From Thermoanaerobaculia bacterium (GTDB lineage: Bacteria > Acidobacteriota > Thermoanaerobaculia > Gp7-AA8), in contig DATLYG010000194.1 of the NCBI GenBank assembly GCA_035574985.1, positions 1-42,173 on the forward strand: a stretch of DNA of 42,173 bases, written 5' to 3'. A program made the position numbers and the translations under genes. This document shows positions 20,334 through 29,337 of this stretch, piece by piece (position 1 is the first letter of the stretch; each line of letters starts with the position of its first letter). The notes under the pieces are model-generated. The model did not search any database and was not told the origin of the DNA. It saw only the letters and a list, made by a program, of their open reading frames with translations.

Positions 20334-21422
20334 ATGCTGACCTCGACGCAAGCGAAGGTCCGCAAGTTCCCCTGCCTGCAGTGCGGAGCCGATGTCCGCT
20401 GGGACCCCGGCGCGACCTCGCTCAAATGCGACTACTGCGGCGCGCTCCGGGATGTCGCACCGTCCGGCCCGGCCGTCGTCGAAAAGAGCGTCGATGCCGC
20501 ACTCCGCCAGCCTCGCGATCTCGGATGGGGGGCGGAGCGGAAGGTCATCGCCTGCCAGCGCTGCGGCGCACACACGGCGCTCGACCCGCAGGTCGCGGCG
20601 GCGGAGTGCGCATTCTGCGGCACGGCGGCCGTCGTCGAAGCGCCGCCGGACGCGAAGATGGTCCGACCCGAGGGCCTTCTGCCATTCCGCGTCACGCGCG
20701 AGACGGCCGTCGAACGATTCCGGCAGTGGATCTCCGGCCTCTGGTTCCGGCCCGGCGATCTCGAGACCCGCGCGCGGCTCGCCAACATCCACGGCGCCTA
20801 CATCCCCTTCTGGACCTTCGACGCCGTCACCGACTCGTGGTGGACCGCCGAAGCGGGCTACTACTACTACGTCGACGTGCAGGTGCGCCAGAACGGGAGG
20901 CTCGTCACGAGGCGCGAACGGCGCGTCCGGTGGGAACCCGCATCGGGCACGCTGCAGAAGTTTTTCGACGACGTCCCCGTCCCCGCCTCGCGCGGCATCG
21001 AGGCCGATCTCTGCCGCGAGATCGAACCCTTCCCGACCGGCGAACTCGCCCCGTACGACCCATCCTACCTCGCCGGTTTTCTGGCCGAGGAGAACGCCGT
21101 CGATCTTCCGGAAGCCCTCGAGCAGGCCAGACAGAGGATGCATGTCGCGATCCGCGCCGCCTGCGCGGCCGAGGTCCCCGGCGACACGCAGCGGAACCTC
21201 GAGGTGACCACCCGTTTCTCGGCGCTGGCCTACAAGAACTGCCTTCTGCCGATCTGGATCGCCGCCTACGAGTATCACGGCCGCCCCTACCGGTTTCTCG
21301 TCAACGGAGTGACGGGAAAGGTCTCCGGCCGCGCTCCCTGGTCGTGGGTGAAGATCGGTCTGGCGGTCCTCGCCGCTGCGGCCCTGGCGATCGCGCTGCT
21401 CGCACTTTTCGGGCAGTCGTGA
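20334..21422 (+). CDS. Double zinc-ribbon protein with C-terminal transmembrane anchor (YdjG-like partner of the SPFH protein)
   Basis: CLQCG..x..CDYCG and CQRCG..x..CAFCG ribbons, then a ~250-aa domain, then a C-terminal TM helix IGLAVLAAAALAIALLALF. It starts 9 nt after the SPFH stop. Confidence 0.75.
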   Translation: MLTSTQAKVRKFPCLQCGADVRWDPGATSLKCDYCGALRDVAPSGPAVVEKSVDAALRQPRDLGWGAERKVIACQRCGAHTALDPQVAAAECAFCGTAAVVEAPPDAKMVRPEGLLPFRVTRETAVERFRQWISGLWFRPGDLETRARLANIHGAYIPFWTFDAVTDSWWTAEAGYYYYVDVQVRQNGRLVTRRERRVRWEPASGTLQKFFDDVPVPASRGIEADLCREIEPFPTGELAPYDPSYLAGFLAEENAVDLPEALEQARQRMHVAIRAACAAEVPGDTQRNLEVTTRFSALAYKNCLLPIWIAAYEYHGRPYRFLVNGVTGKVSGRAPWSWVKIGLAVLAAAALAIALLALFGQS

Positions 21423-21516
21423 CGGCGGCGGCGAGCGGAATGGATTGACGCGGCCGTCAGGCCGCGCTACCTTGCGCGAAACTCGATCCATTGGCTGGGT
21501 GTCAGGAGGTTTGAAC

Positions 21517-23937
21517 GTGAAATCCTCTCGCAGGTGGATTCTGGCCCTCGTATTTCTGTTCCTTGGAACGACCCTTTTCGCGGCGGACGGACGCATTTCC
21601 GGCCGCATCACCCGCAGCGACGGCTCGGGGATCGGCGGCGTGATCGTGCAGGTGGTCGAGATCGGAAAGGCGACGATCTCCGAAACGAACGGAGCCTTCA
21701 CGGTCGACGGAGTTCCGCCGGGAACGTACAGCGTCCGTTTCGAAGTGGCGGATCAGGTCGCCGCCGAGTCGAATGTGGTCGTCCGCAGCGGCGAGACCAC
21801 GCGACTGGACAAGCAGGTCGACTGGCGGCTGAACATCGCCGAAACCATCACGGTCTACTCGGCGTCGCGGCGTGCCGAGCGCGTCGTCGAAGCACCTGCC
21901 GCGGTCACGGTCGTCGCCCCGCAGGACGTCGACGCGGTCGCTCCTTCGGGGCAGGCCCCGCGCATCGTCGAAAACGCCCCCGGAGTCGACTACACGCAGA
22001 GCGGACTGTACGACTCCAACTTCAACGCACGCGGCTTCAACAGTTCACTCAACCGCCGCATCCTGACGCTCGTCGACGGTCGCGATCCGGCGATCGCGTT
22101 CCTCGGCGCGCAGGAGTGGGCCGCGCTCTCCTTTCCCCTCGACGAGATGGCGGCGGTGGAACTGATCCGCGGCCCCGGGTCGGCCCTCTACGGCGCGAAC
22201 GCGTTCAGCGGCGTTCTGAACATGACCACCAGGCGGCCACGCGACTCGCAGGGGGGGCGGGTCCTCCTTTCGGGCGGTGACCTCGACACCCGACGCGTCG
22301 ACCTCCGCCATGCCGGCGCGCTGGGAGGGGAGTGGTATTACCGCGTCGTGGGCGGCTACCAGAACAGCGGCGACTACGCGCGCTCGCGCACGGCACAGAC
22401 CGGCGTCGAATACACCACGCGATGCACGGCCTCCGGCCAGGAAGACTGCCTGCCGGGCGAAGTCAGCCCTCTCGTCCTCGACGAGGTGAACGTCCGCTTC
22501 GGCGGTCTTCGCCTCGACAAACATTTCTCCGACAGCCTCCTCACCTTCGAGGGTGGCTACTCCACGATCGAAGGACCGGTCTTCCAGACCGGCATCGGCC
22601 GCGTGCAGGTGACCGACGTCGAGCGGCCCTGGTTCCGCGCGAACTACAACATGCCGCACTGGAACTTCAGCGGCTACTACGACGCGCGGAAGGCGGAGAA
22701 CCAGGTGGCCCTCGCCTCGGGAGCGCGGCTCTTCGAGGACTCGTACAACCTCCACGGCGAGGTGATGACCGACTGGGACCTGATGGGGGGCAGGACCCGC
22801 GTGGTCGGCGGCATCGCCTACAACCAGCAGGACGTCGACACCGCGAATCCGGCGGGCGTGCAGACGCTCATGAGCGAGGCGAAGTCGGAGGAGCAGCAGA
22901 GCGCCTTCGGCCAGATCGACGTCAAGGTCAGCCAGAAGCTCAAGCTCGTCGGCGCCGCACGGTGGGATGATTCGACGCTGCACGATCCGCAGTTCTCCCC
23001 CAAGGGCGCGATCGTCTTCGAAGCCACTCCCCACCACACGCTCCGCTACGGCTACAACGAGGCCTTCCAGCGGCCGAACTACTCGGAACTCTTCCTCCGG
23101 GCTCCCGCCGGCGCCCCGGTGAACCTCGCGGGCGCCGCACAGCTCAACCCCGCTTCGGCGCCGCTCGCGCCGGTGCTCCAGCAGCTCGGGTTCGGCAGCA
23201 TGGCCATCCTCGCCCTCGGGAACAGCGCCCTCGACGTGGAGAAGGTCCGCAGCCACGAACTCGGCTACTCGGGAATCTTCGGCGGGCGCCTCTACCTGAC
23301 GGTCGACCTCTACCAGAGCAACATGAAGGATTTCGTCACTGATCTCCTTCCTGGTGTCAATCCCGCCTTCCCCACTTACACCGTTCCATCGACACTCCCG
23401 CCGGCCATCCAGGCCGGACTCAACCAGTTCCTGCAGGCCGCCCTCGGACCCCGCCGCGTCGGCCTGACCACCGTCAACGGCGCCCCCGCTCTCGTCCTCT
23501 CCTATACCAACGCGGGCGAGGTCGACACCTCCGGCGCCGAGATCGCCGTCAACTACTACATCACCGACAACTGGATCCTCGACGCGAACTACTCGCTCTT
23601 CGACTTCGAGGTGAAACGCGGGACGGTCGCCGCCGGCGACAAACTCCTCCCCAACGCGCCGGAGACGAAGTACAACATCGGTCTCGCCTTCCGCAGCCGG
23701 AAGCTCGACGCAAAGGTCGCCTATCGATGGGTCGACGGATACCGCTGGGCCGCCGGCGTGTTCGTCGGCAACGTCCCGCAGTACGACGTGGTGAACCTCG
23801 CCGCCAACTATCGCTTCACCGACCACCTCGCCCTCGGCGTCGATGTCAGCAACCTCTTCGACAACGAGCACTGGGAGGCCTTCGGCGGCGATCTGCTGCA
23901 GCGGCGCGCCCTCGCCTCGCTCACCGTCCGCTGGTAA
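21517..23937 (+). CDS. TonB-dependent receptor with N-terminal CarboxypepD_reg-like domain
   Basis: GTG at 21517 lies 7 nt after AGGAGG (21504-21509). Signal peptide, then GRISGRITRSDGSGIGGVIVQVVE...GTYSV. Plug motifs (VEAPAAVTVV, NARGFNS, TLVDGRD) and a beta-barrel ending in an aromatic residue (..LTVRW). Confidence 0.85.
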   Translation: MKSSRRWILALVFLFLGTTLFAADGRISGRITRSDGSGIGGVIVQVVEIGKATISETNGAFTVDGVPPGTYSVRFEVADQVAAESNVVVRSGETTRLDKQVDWRLNIAETITVYSASRRAERVVEAPAAVTVVAPQDVDAVAPSGQAPRIVENAPGVDYTQSGLYDSNFNARGFNSSLNRRILTLVDGRDPAIAFLGAQEWAALSFPLDEMAAVELIRGPGSALYGANAFSGVLNMTTRRPRDSQGGRVLLSGGDLDTRRVDLRHAGALGGEWYYRVVGGYQNSGDYARSRTAQTGVEYTTRCTASGQEDCLPGEVSPLVLDEVNVRFGGLRLDKHFSDSLLTFEGGYSTIEGPVFQTGIGRVQVTDVERPWFRANYNMPHWNFSGYYDARKAENQVALASGARLFEDSYNLHGEVMTDWDLMGGRTRVVGGIAYNQQDVDTANPAGVQTLMSEAKSEEQQSAFGQIDVKVSQKLKLVGAARWDDSTLHDPQFSPKGAIVFEATPHHTLRYGYNEAFQRPNYSELFLRAPAGAPVNLAGAAQLNPASAPLAPVLQQLGFGSMAILALGNSALDVEKVRSHELGYSGIFGGRLYLTVDLYQSNMKDFVTDLLPGVNPAFPTYTVPSTLPPAIQAGLNQFLQAALGPRRVGLTTVNGAPALVLSYTNAGEVDTSGAEIAVNYYITDNWILDANYSLFDFEVKRGTVAAGDKLLPNAPETKYNIGLAFRSRKLDAKVAYRWVDGYRWAAGVFVGNVPQYDVVNLAANYRFTDHLALGVDVSNLFDNEHWEAFGGDLLQRRALASLTVRW

Positions 23938-23951
23938 CCGCCCTCTTTCCG

Positions 23952-23978
23952 GGCCGCCGGGTCTTCCACCCGGCGGCC
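23952..23978 (+). terminator. Stem-loop downstream of the TonB receptor gene
   Basis: GGCCGCCGGGT-cttcc-ACCCGGCGGCC is a perfect 11-bp stem starting 15 nt after the stop. There is no clear U-tract. Confidence 0.45.
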
Positions 23979-24003
23979 TCCTTCGGGTCGCGGCGGCCGT
24001 CGC

Positions 24004-24034
24004 AAAAAAAACGCCCGGCGATCACGCCGGGCGT
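24004..24034 (-). terminator. Rho-independent terminator of glnII
   Basis: The minus strand reads ACGCCCGGCG-tgat-CGCCGGGCGT followed by TTTTTTTT (a 10-bp perfect stem plus a U-tract), about 27 nt after the stop. Confidence 0.75.
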
Positions 24035-24060
24035 CTTGCGCAGAAACGGTGTCGCAGCGA

Positions 24061-25077
24061 TCAGAAGTCGCCGCAGACGGTCTCGATCAGGATCGCGCAG
24101 ACCTGATACGGATCCATGTTCGCTGCCGGCCGGCGGTCTTCGAAGTATCCCTTCCCCTCCGAAACGGTACTCATCGGGATGCGGACCGAGGCGCCGCGGT
24201 CGAGTTGCGCGTAACGGAACTGATGGATCGGTGAGGTCTCGTGCATTCCCGTCAGCCGCTCTTCGTTGTGCGCACCGTAGACCTTGATGTGCTCATCGTG
24301 CCGCCGCTCGAGCTTCTTCATCGCCTCCTCGATCACCTTCAGCCCCCCTTCCGAGCGCATCGCCCTGGTGGAGAAGTTCGTGTGCGCGCCGGCGCCGTTC
24401 CAGTCGCCCTTCACCGGCTTGGGGTAGAGGGTCGCGCTGACGCCGAAGTCTTCACCGACGCGATAGAGGAGCCAGCGCGCCAGCCACAACTCGTCGGCCA
24501 CTTCGGGGGCCGGGAGCGTTCCGATCTGGAACTCCCACTGTGCCGGCATCACCTCCGCGTTCGTTCCGTAGATGTGCAGTCCCGCGCGAAGACACGCCTC
24601 GGTGTGGGCCTCCACCACCTCGCGCCCGAAGACCTCGTCGCTTCCGACACCGCAGTAGTAACCGCCCTGGGGAGCGGGAAACCCGTTGTCGGGCCATCCG
24701 AGGGGCCGGGCACCCTCGAAGAACGTGTATTCCTGCTCGATGCCGAACCACGGCTCGTGGTCCTTGTACCTGTTGACCACGTCGACCAGATGCGCCCGCG
24801 TGTTGCTCCAGTGGACGGAGCGGTCGGGATTGAGCACTTCACAAAGCACGAGGATGTCGTGCTCGCGGTGCAGCGGGTCGGGCACGAAGCGGACCGGCTT
24901 GAGGAGCAGGTCGCTGAAATGGCCGCTCGACTGGAACGTGCTCGAGCCGTCGTAGCCCCACTCGGGGATGTCCTCGAGTTTCTTCACGGGGCCGTCGAGA
25001 ATCTTCGTCTTCGAGCGAAGCTTCGCGGTCGGCTTCTGTCCATCGATCCAAATGTATTCAGCGGTGATCTTCGCCAA
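24061..25077 (-). CDS. glnII: Glutamine synthetase type II (eukaryote-like GSII)
   Basis: (L)AKITAEYIWIDGQKPTAKLRSKTK...EWGYDGSST...GIEQEYTFF...NAEVMPAQWEFQIG...AGAHTNFS (338 aa). TTG start at 25077 with AGGAGG 8 nt upstream. The longer track ORF is a 5-prime over-extension. Confidence 0.9.
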   Translation of the reverse strand: MAKITAEYIWIDGQKPTAKLRSKTKILDGPVKKLEDIPEWGYDGSSTFQSSGHFSDLLLKPVRFVPDPLHREHDILVLCEVLNPDRSVHWSNTRAHLVDVVNRYKDHEPWFGIEQEYTFFEGARPLGWPDNGFPAPQGGYYCGVGSDEVFGREVVEAHTEACLRAGLHIYGTNAEVMPAQWEFQIGTLPAPEVADELWLARWLLYRVGEDFGVSATLYPKPVKGDWNGAGAHTNFSTRAMRSEGGLKVIEEAMKKLERRHDEHIKVYGAHNEERLTGMHETSPIHQFRYAQLDRGASVRIPMSTVSEGKGYFEDRRPAANMDPYQVCAILIETVCGDF

Positions 25078-25163
25078 GGTAGGCACCTCCTGGATGGTTT
25101 TGATTGTGCGGCGTTGCGTGGCGGATGGCGAAAGATAGCAGAACTCGGCGCCGCCGGGCACTC

Positions 25164-26330
25164 TCAGTTGTCCGAGCGGAGGCCGGAAACCGGAGAGCCG
25201 AGATCGGAGACCTGTTGGTCGCCGGCGTGGCTGACGACGATCCGGTTCTTGCCGAGCGATTTCGCGCGGTACATCGCGCCGTCGGCGCGGCGGAGGAGCT
25301 CGTTCTTCTCCTGCTCGATCGACAGGCCGGAGGTCGTGTTCGGCAGGTGCTGCGCGACTCCGATCGACGCGGAGAGAATGCCGCGCAGACGCAGCGGCGG
25401 CATGCTGAAACCCCACTCCCGGTCGAGGAAGGTCGTCGTCTCGATCGCGTGACGGATCGACTCGCAGATCGCCACGCCGTCGTCGATCGTCGTGTCCGGG
25501 AGGATCATCACGAACTCGTCGCCGCCGTAGCGGGCCACGGTCGCCTCCGGCCGCTGCACGATGCGTTTGAGAATGAACCCAACCTCGCGCAGGACCTGGC
25601 TTCCGGCGAGATGACCGTGGCAGTCGTTGATGACCTTGAAACGGTCGAGGTCCATGAAAATGACGACGCATTCCCTGCCGCTCTCGCGCGCGCCGGCCAC
25701 GGCCTCGCTGAGCCTCACGTGGAACCAGCGGTCGTTGTAGAGGCCCGTCAGATCGTCCCGCCTGGCCAGCTCGTGCGCCCGCTTCGCGTCGAGAGCGTTC
25801 TGCAGCATGAACGACGTGTATCCGGCGAAGATCTCCAGCAGGGTCAGATCGCGTTGCGTGAACGTCTTCCCCTCGAGACGGTTGATCAGCTCGAGGACGC
25901 CGCAGACGTGCTTGCCGATGTAGATCGGCACGGCCACCACCGAGTGGGTCTTGTGTCCGAGCTGCTTGTCGATGGCATCGTAGAAGAACGCGTCCGCCTC
26001 GACGTCGGCCGATACGTACGGCGTCCCGCTCTGATAGACCTGCCCGACGATGCCGTACTTCGCCGAGAGCCGCCGTCCGATCAGGCTTTGCCCCGCTTCG
26101 CCGAAGGTGGCGATGAACACCAGTTCGTTCTCCGTGCGCGAGGCCATCTTCCGGAAGGGATCGTCGAGCAGAATCGAGCCCGACTCGGAGGGGACGAATT
26201 CGTACGCCTTCTGAAGGATCTGGCGAAGAACCAGGTCGAGATCGACGTCGCCCTGCAGCGACAGTCCCGCCCGGTGCCGCTCGAGAAACCGCTCGAGTTG
26301 CGGCCGCTCGAGCGAATGGAACTGGATCAT
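25164..26330 (-). CDS. GAF-GGDEF diguanylate cyclase
   Basis: The N-terminal region is GAF-like. C-terminal DDLTGLYNDRWF, FMDLDRFKVINDCHGH, RYGGDEFV and RADGAMYRAK. No RxxD I-site lies 5 residues before GGDEF. Confidence 0.85.
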   Translation of the reverse strand: MIQFHSLERPQLERFLERHRAGLSLQGDVDLDLVLRQILQKAYEFVPSESGSILLDDPFRKMASRTENELVFIATFGEAGQSLIGRRLSAKYGIVGQVYQSGTPYVSADVEADAFFYDAIDKQLGHKTHSVVAVPIYIGKHVCGVLELINRLEGKTFTQRDLTLLEIFAGYTSFMLQNALDAKRAHELARRDDLTGLYNDRWFHVRLSEAVAGARESGRECVVIFMDLDRFKVINDCHGHLAGSQVLREVGFILKRIVQRPEATVARYGGDEFVMILPDTTIDDGVAICESIRHAIETTTFLDREWGFSMPPLRLRGILSASIGVAQHLPNTTSGLSIEQEKNELLRRADGAMYRAKSLGKNRIVVSHAGDQQVSDLGSPVSGLRSDN

Positions 26331-26406
26331 TCTGAGTCCGTCGGGGACGCAGCGGCGGCCGACGCCGTGTCAGCCTTGCGCAGTCCCCATGGTCCGATCG
26401 GCCGAA

Positions 26407-26688
26407 TTATACGTCTTCGGCTGAAACCGCCTCGATCTCGAACGAGATGCGGCGGTAGGCCTCGGCCGGTGGCATCCCCGCCCAACGATTGCGGAGGTAT
26501 TCGGCCAGGTAGCGCCAGTAGAAGCGGAAAAGCCCGAGGCGCCGGATCTGCCGCACGTGTGCCAGCTCGTGACGGAGCAGCCGCTCGAGATGCGTTCCGG
26601 TCACTCCGCGGGCCAGGTAGATCCTCCGCCCCAGCGTGATCGCCTCGACCCCCCGCACGAGCAGCGGCCGAAGCCACCAGGGCTGCAT
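26407..26688 (-). CDS. Small DUF4157-like protein (HExxH-type motif HELAH)
   Basis: AITLGRRIYLARG...LLRHELAHVRQ matches the DUF4157 core. Start set at ATG 26688, because longer starts would collide with the divergent MBL gene start at 26768. Confidence 0.55.
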   Translation of the reverse strand: MQPWWLRPLLVRGVEAITLGRRIYLARGVTGTHLERLLRHELAHVRQIRRLGLFRFYWRYLAEYLRNRWAGMPPAEAYRRISFEIEAVSAEDV

Positions 26689-26767
26689 GCGTACCAGCGC
26701 TCGCGCTTCGGCGAGGGCCGACTCGATGGCGCCTCCCGGCCGATCGCGTCCGTTACAATCCGCCGCC

Positions 26768-27655
26768 ATGAAAGCCACGTCCTTCGCCATTCTATGCATC
26801 GCTCTCACCATGCCCGCCATCGCGCAGCAGCGCGATTTCAGCAACGTCGCGGTGCAGGCGACGAAGGTCGCCGGAACGGTCTACATGCTGACGGGTGCGG
26901 GAGGAAACATCGGCGCCTCCGCCGGCGAGGACGGCATCGTCGTCATCGACGACCAGTACGCACCGCTCTTTCCGAAGATCCGGGAGGCGCTGCGGGGGAT
27001 CAGCGACAAGCCGGTCCGCTTCGTCCTCAATACGCACTATCACGGCGACCACACCGGGGGGAACGAGGCGTTCGGCAGGGAACTCGTCCCGGTCGTGGCC
27101 CACACGAACGTGCGGAAACGGCTGCAGAGCGGAACGAAGGCCCGCGGCCGCGAGACGCCTCCCCGGCCGAAGGACGCCCTTCCGATCGTCACGTTCGACG
27201 ACAGGCTCTCGATTCACCTCAACGGCGAGGAGGTTCGCGCGATCCATCTTCCCGGCGGCCACACCGATGGCGACCTGGTCGTCTTCTTCACGCAATCGAA
27301 CGTCGTCCACATGGGTGACGACTACTTCAACGGCGGCTTCCCGTTCGTCGACAGGGAAAACGGCGGGAGCGTCAAGGGTCTCATCGCCAACATCGAGAAG
27401 GTGCTCGCCACCGTTCCTGACGACGTGAAGATCATCCCCGGTCACGGGGCACTGAGCAACAAGAGCGAGCTGCGCGCCTGGCTGACGATGCTGAAGGAGA
27501 CGCAGGCCGCGGTCGCGGCGGGCATCGCAGCCGGGAAGACCCTCGAGCAGCTCCGGTCGGAGAAGGTGCTGGCGAAGTGGGACTCGTTCGGCCAGGGGTT
27601 CATCAAGACCGACGACTGGATCGGGACGCTCTACGACGAGGAGCTGAAGAAATAG
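26768..27655 (+). CDS. MBL-fold metallo-hydrolase, secreted
   Basis: ATG at 26768 gives the signal peptide MKATSFAILCIALTMPAIAQQ. HYHGDHTGG motif, HLPGGHTDGD and PGHG. Confidence 0.85.
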   Translation: MKATSFAILCIALTMPAIAQQRDFSNVAVQATKVAGTVYMLTGAGGNIGASAGEDGIVVIDDQYAPLFPKIREALRGISDKPVRFVLNTHYHGDHTGGNEAFGRELVPVVAHTNVRKRLQSGTKARGRETPPRPKDALPIVTFDDRLSIHLNGEEVRAIHLPGGHTDGDLVVFFTQSNVVHMGDDYFNGGFPFVDRENGGSVKGLIANIEKVLATVPDDVKIIPGHGALSNKSELRAWLTMLKETQAAVAAGIAAGKTLEQLRSEKVLAKWDSFGQGFIKTDDWIGTLYDEELKK

Positions 27656-28126
27656 TCAGCGCCGCTTCATCGAGAGCGTGAGATCGAACTCGGCGACCGG
27701 TTCGTTGCCGAGCTTCTCCGGCACCGTCGCCACCACCCGCACCGTCATCTCTTCCCGCTCGCCACTGGCAAGGGTCCGCTCGACCAGCGCGCTCACCTCC
27801 TCGCCTGCGGAGCAGGTGAAGACGACATCTCCCTCGGCGCGCTTGAGGAAGCGCGCGCTGATGTCCTTGAAGAGGATCGTCACGCGGGCCTTCTTCTCCT
27901 GAACGATGCGAAACGGCACCAGGCCGCTGGCAATGTCGGCTCCCATGCAGAGGGTGCCGAGATACATCGCGCCGATGTCGCGCCTCCGGGTGATCCAGTT
28001 CAGCGGGATGCGAATGACGCACCGCTGATCGTTCAACTCCAGCACGACCGGGCGAATGAGCCAGAGCAGGAGGACGTTCCGCAGCGCCCACGTGCGGACG
28101 AAGAGGGTTTCCTTCCGGAGATGCAC
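27656..28126 (-). CDS. DUF4442 / hotdog-fold thioesterase-like protein
   Basis: 156 aa with a GTG start. GAMYLGTLCMGADIASGL and the overall pattern resemble DUF4442. It starts 3 nt after the SDR stop (same operon). Confidence 0.65.
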   Translation of the reverse strand: MHLRKETLFVRTWALRNVLLLWLIRPVVLELNDQRCVIRIPLNWITRRRDIGAMYLGTLCMGADIASGLVPFRIVQEKKARVTILFKDISARFLKRAEGDVVFTCSAGEEVSALVERTLASGEREEMTVRVVATVPEKLGNEPVAEFDLTLSMKRR

Positions 28127-28128
28127 CG

Positions 28129-28938
28129 CTATCGCCTCACTTTCGACATGTCGATGCCCCGCTTCGCGAACGGAGTGGCCAGCACGTCGTACATGCGCGC
28201 GGAGAGGAGGCGTGCAAAGCGCATGAGGAGCGACATCGGGAGCGGGAACTCGATGATCCGCTCGCCGCGTTCGATGCCGTCGGCGATGATCGCCGCCGCG
28301 TCGGTCACCTTCACGAGAAACGGCAGCTTGTGCCTGTACTTTTCGAGAATCGGCGTGTCGACGTAGCCCGGATTGACGATCGTGACGCCGACGCCGTACG
28401 GAATCAGCTCCACGCGGCTCCCTTCGAGAAATGCCTGCACCGCCGCCTTCGTCGCCGAGTAGACCGCCGACGTCGGGAGCCCGCGGAGACCGGCGATGGA
28501 GGCGACTCCCACGAAGCGCCCCGAACGGCGCGCCACCATGGACGGAATCACCGCCGCGAAGAGATGCATCACACCGAGGACGTTGACGCGGATCATCGTC
28601 TCGGCATCGTCGAGATCGAACTCCGTGCTGGAGGTCGGAATGCTGACGCCGGCGTTGGCGACGGCGAGGTCGAACGGGCCGCCCAGCGCCTCCTCGCCGC
28701 GGCGGACGGCGTCGAAGACCGCCTCGCGGTCGGTCACATCACACGGGATGGCGACGCTCCCCCTCAACTCCTGCGCCAGGCGCGCGAGTTCGTTCTCCCT
28801 TCGCGCGAGCAGCGCCGAAACGTATCCCCGCCGCGCCAGCTCGCGCGCCAGCGCCATTCCGATCCCGCTCGAGGCCCCTGTGATGATTGCGCGTTTCAAG
28901 TCCGTGGTCGGTGGTCCGTGGTTCGTTGCCGGGAGCAT
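28129..28938 (-). CDS. SDR-family oxidoreductase
   Basis: TGASSGIG cofactor motif, NAG, and the YSATKAA catalytic motif. Confidence 0.85.
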   Translation of the reverse strand: MLPATNHGPPTTDLKRAIITGASSGIGMALARELARRGYVSALLARRENELARLAQELRGSVAIPCDVTDREAVFDAVRRGEEALGGPFDLAVANAGVSIPTSSTEFDLDDAETMIRVNVLGVMHLFAAVIPSMVARRSGRFVGVASIAGLRGLPTSAVYSATKAAVQAFLEGSRVELIPYGVGVTIVNPGYVDTPILEKYRHKLPFLVKVTDAAAIIADGIERGERIIEFPLPMSLLMRFARLLSARMYDVLATPFAKRGIDMSKVRR

Positions 28939-29013
28939 ATCGAAAAACCGGCTGCGGCACGCGACGCGACCCTCCCTCGGGTCCCGGCGCTCTCCACCGA
29001 TCTTCCCGTCCGG

Positions 29014-29256
29014 TCACTCACCGATGATCTTGATCAGCACCCGCTTGTCGCGCCGCCCGTCGAACTCTCCGTAGAAGATCTGCTCCCACGGTCCGAAGTC
29101 GAGCTTCCCGTTCGTGATCGCGACCACCACCTCCCGCCCCATGATCTGGCGCTTGTGGTGCGCATCGCCGTTGTCCTCCCCGGTGCGGTTGTGGTGATAG
29201 CGCTCGGGACTCGGATCGTACGGCGCGAGCCACTCGAGCCAGCGTTTGTAGTCCTC
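29014..29256 (-). pseudogene. yjbQ: YjbQ/UPF0047 (secondary thiamine-phosphate synthase family) gene fragment, C-terminal 80 codons
   Basis: [80 protein letters not shown] is the conserved C-terminal two-thirds of the family. The track ORF extension to 29352 ([14 protein letters not shown]...) is not family-like. Confidence 0.8.
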
Positions 29257-29285
29257 GGAGCCCATTCCCAAGTGTTTCAGCCGGA

Positions 29286-29325
29286 GTGCTGCGGCGCGGC
29301 ACGGGCGTTCCTTCGGCCGAGCAGC
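29286..29325. repeat. Imperfect palindromic element related to the 32736-32823 inverted repeat
   Basis: GTGCTGC-N13-CGTTCC-TTCGG-CCGA-GCAGC shares the GTGCTGC, TTCGG, CGTTCC and CCGA(A)GCAGC blocks with the arms of the large inverted repeat. GCTGC and GCAGC can pair. Confidence 0.4.
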
Positions 29326-29337
29326 GGAGAATGTCAG

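Noticed and set aside
21445-21476. TTGACG-N17-TACCTT as the promoter of the TonB receptor gene.
   Set aside because: The -10 element matches TATAAT at only 3 of 6 positions, and the spacer is itself a GCGGCC/GGCCGC hairpin that may instead terminate the upstream gene. It is too weak to call.
26636-26767. Longer N-terminus for the MBL-fold hydrolase (track start at 26636).
   Set aside because: ATG at 26768 yields a canonical signal peptide. The extension overlaps the divergent DUF4157-like gene and is low complexity.
28330-29337. 5-prime part of the 1121-aa track ORF (start at 28330) as the N-terminus of the metalloprotease-like protein.
   Set aside because: This stretch is antisense to the SDR gene and to the yjbQ C-terminal fragment, and it has host-like high GC. 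The plausible starts are ATG 29338 or ATG 29416.
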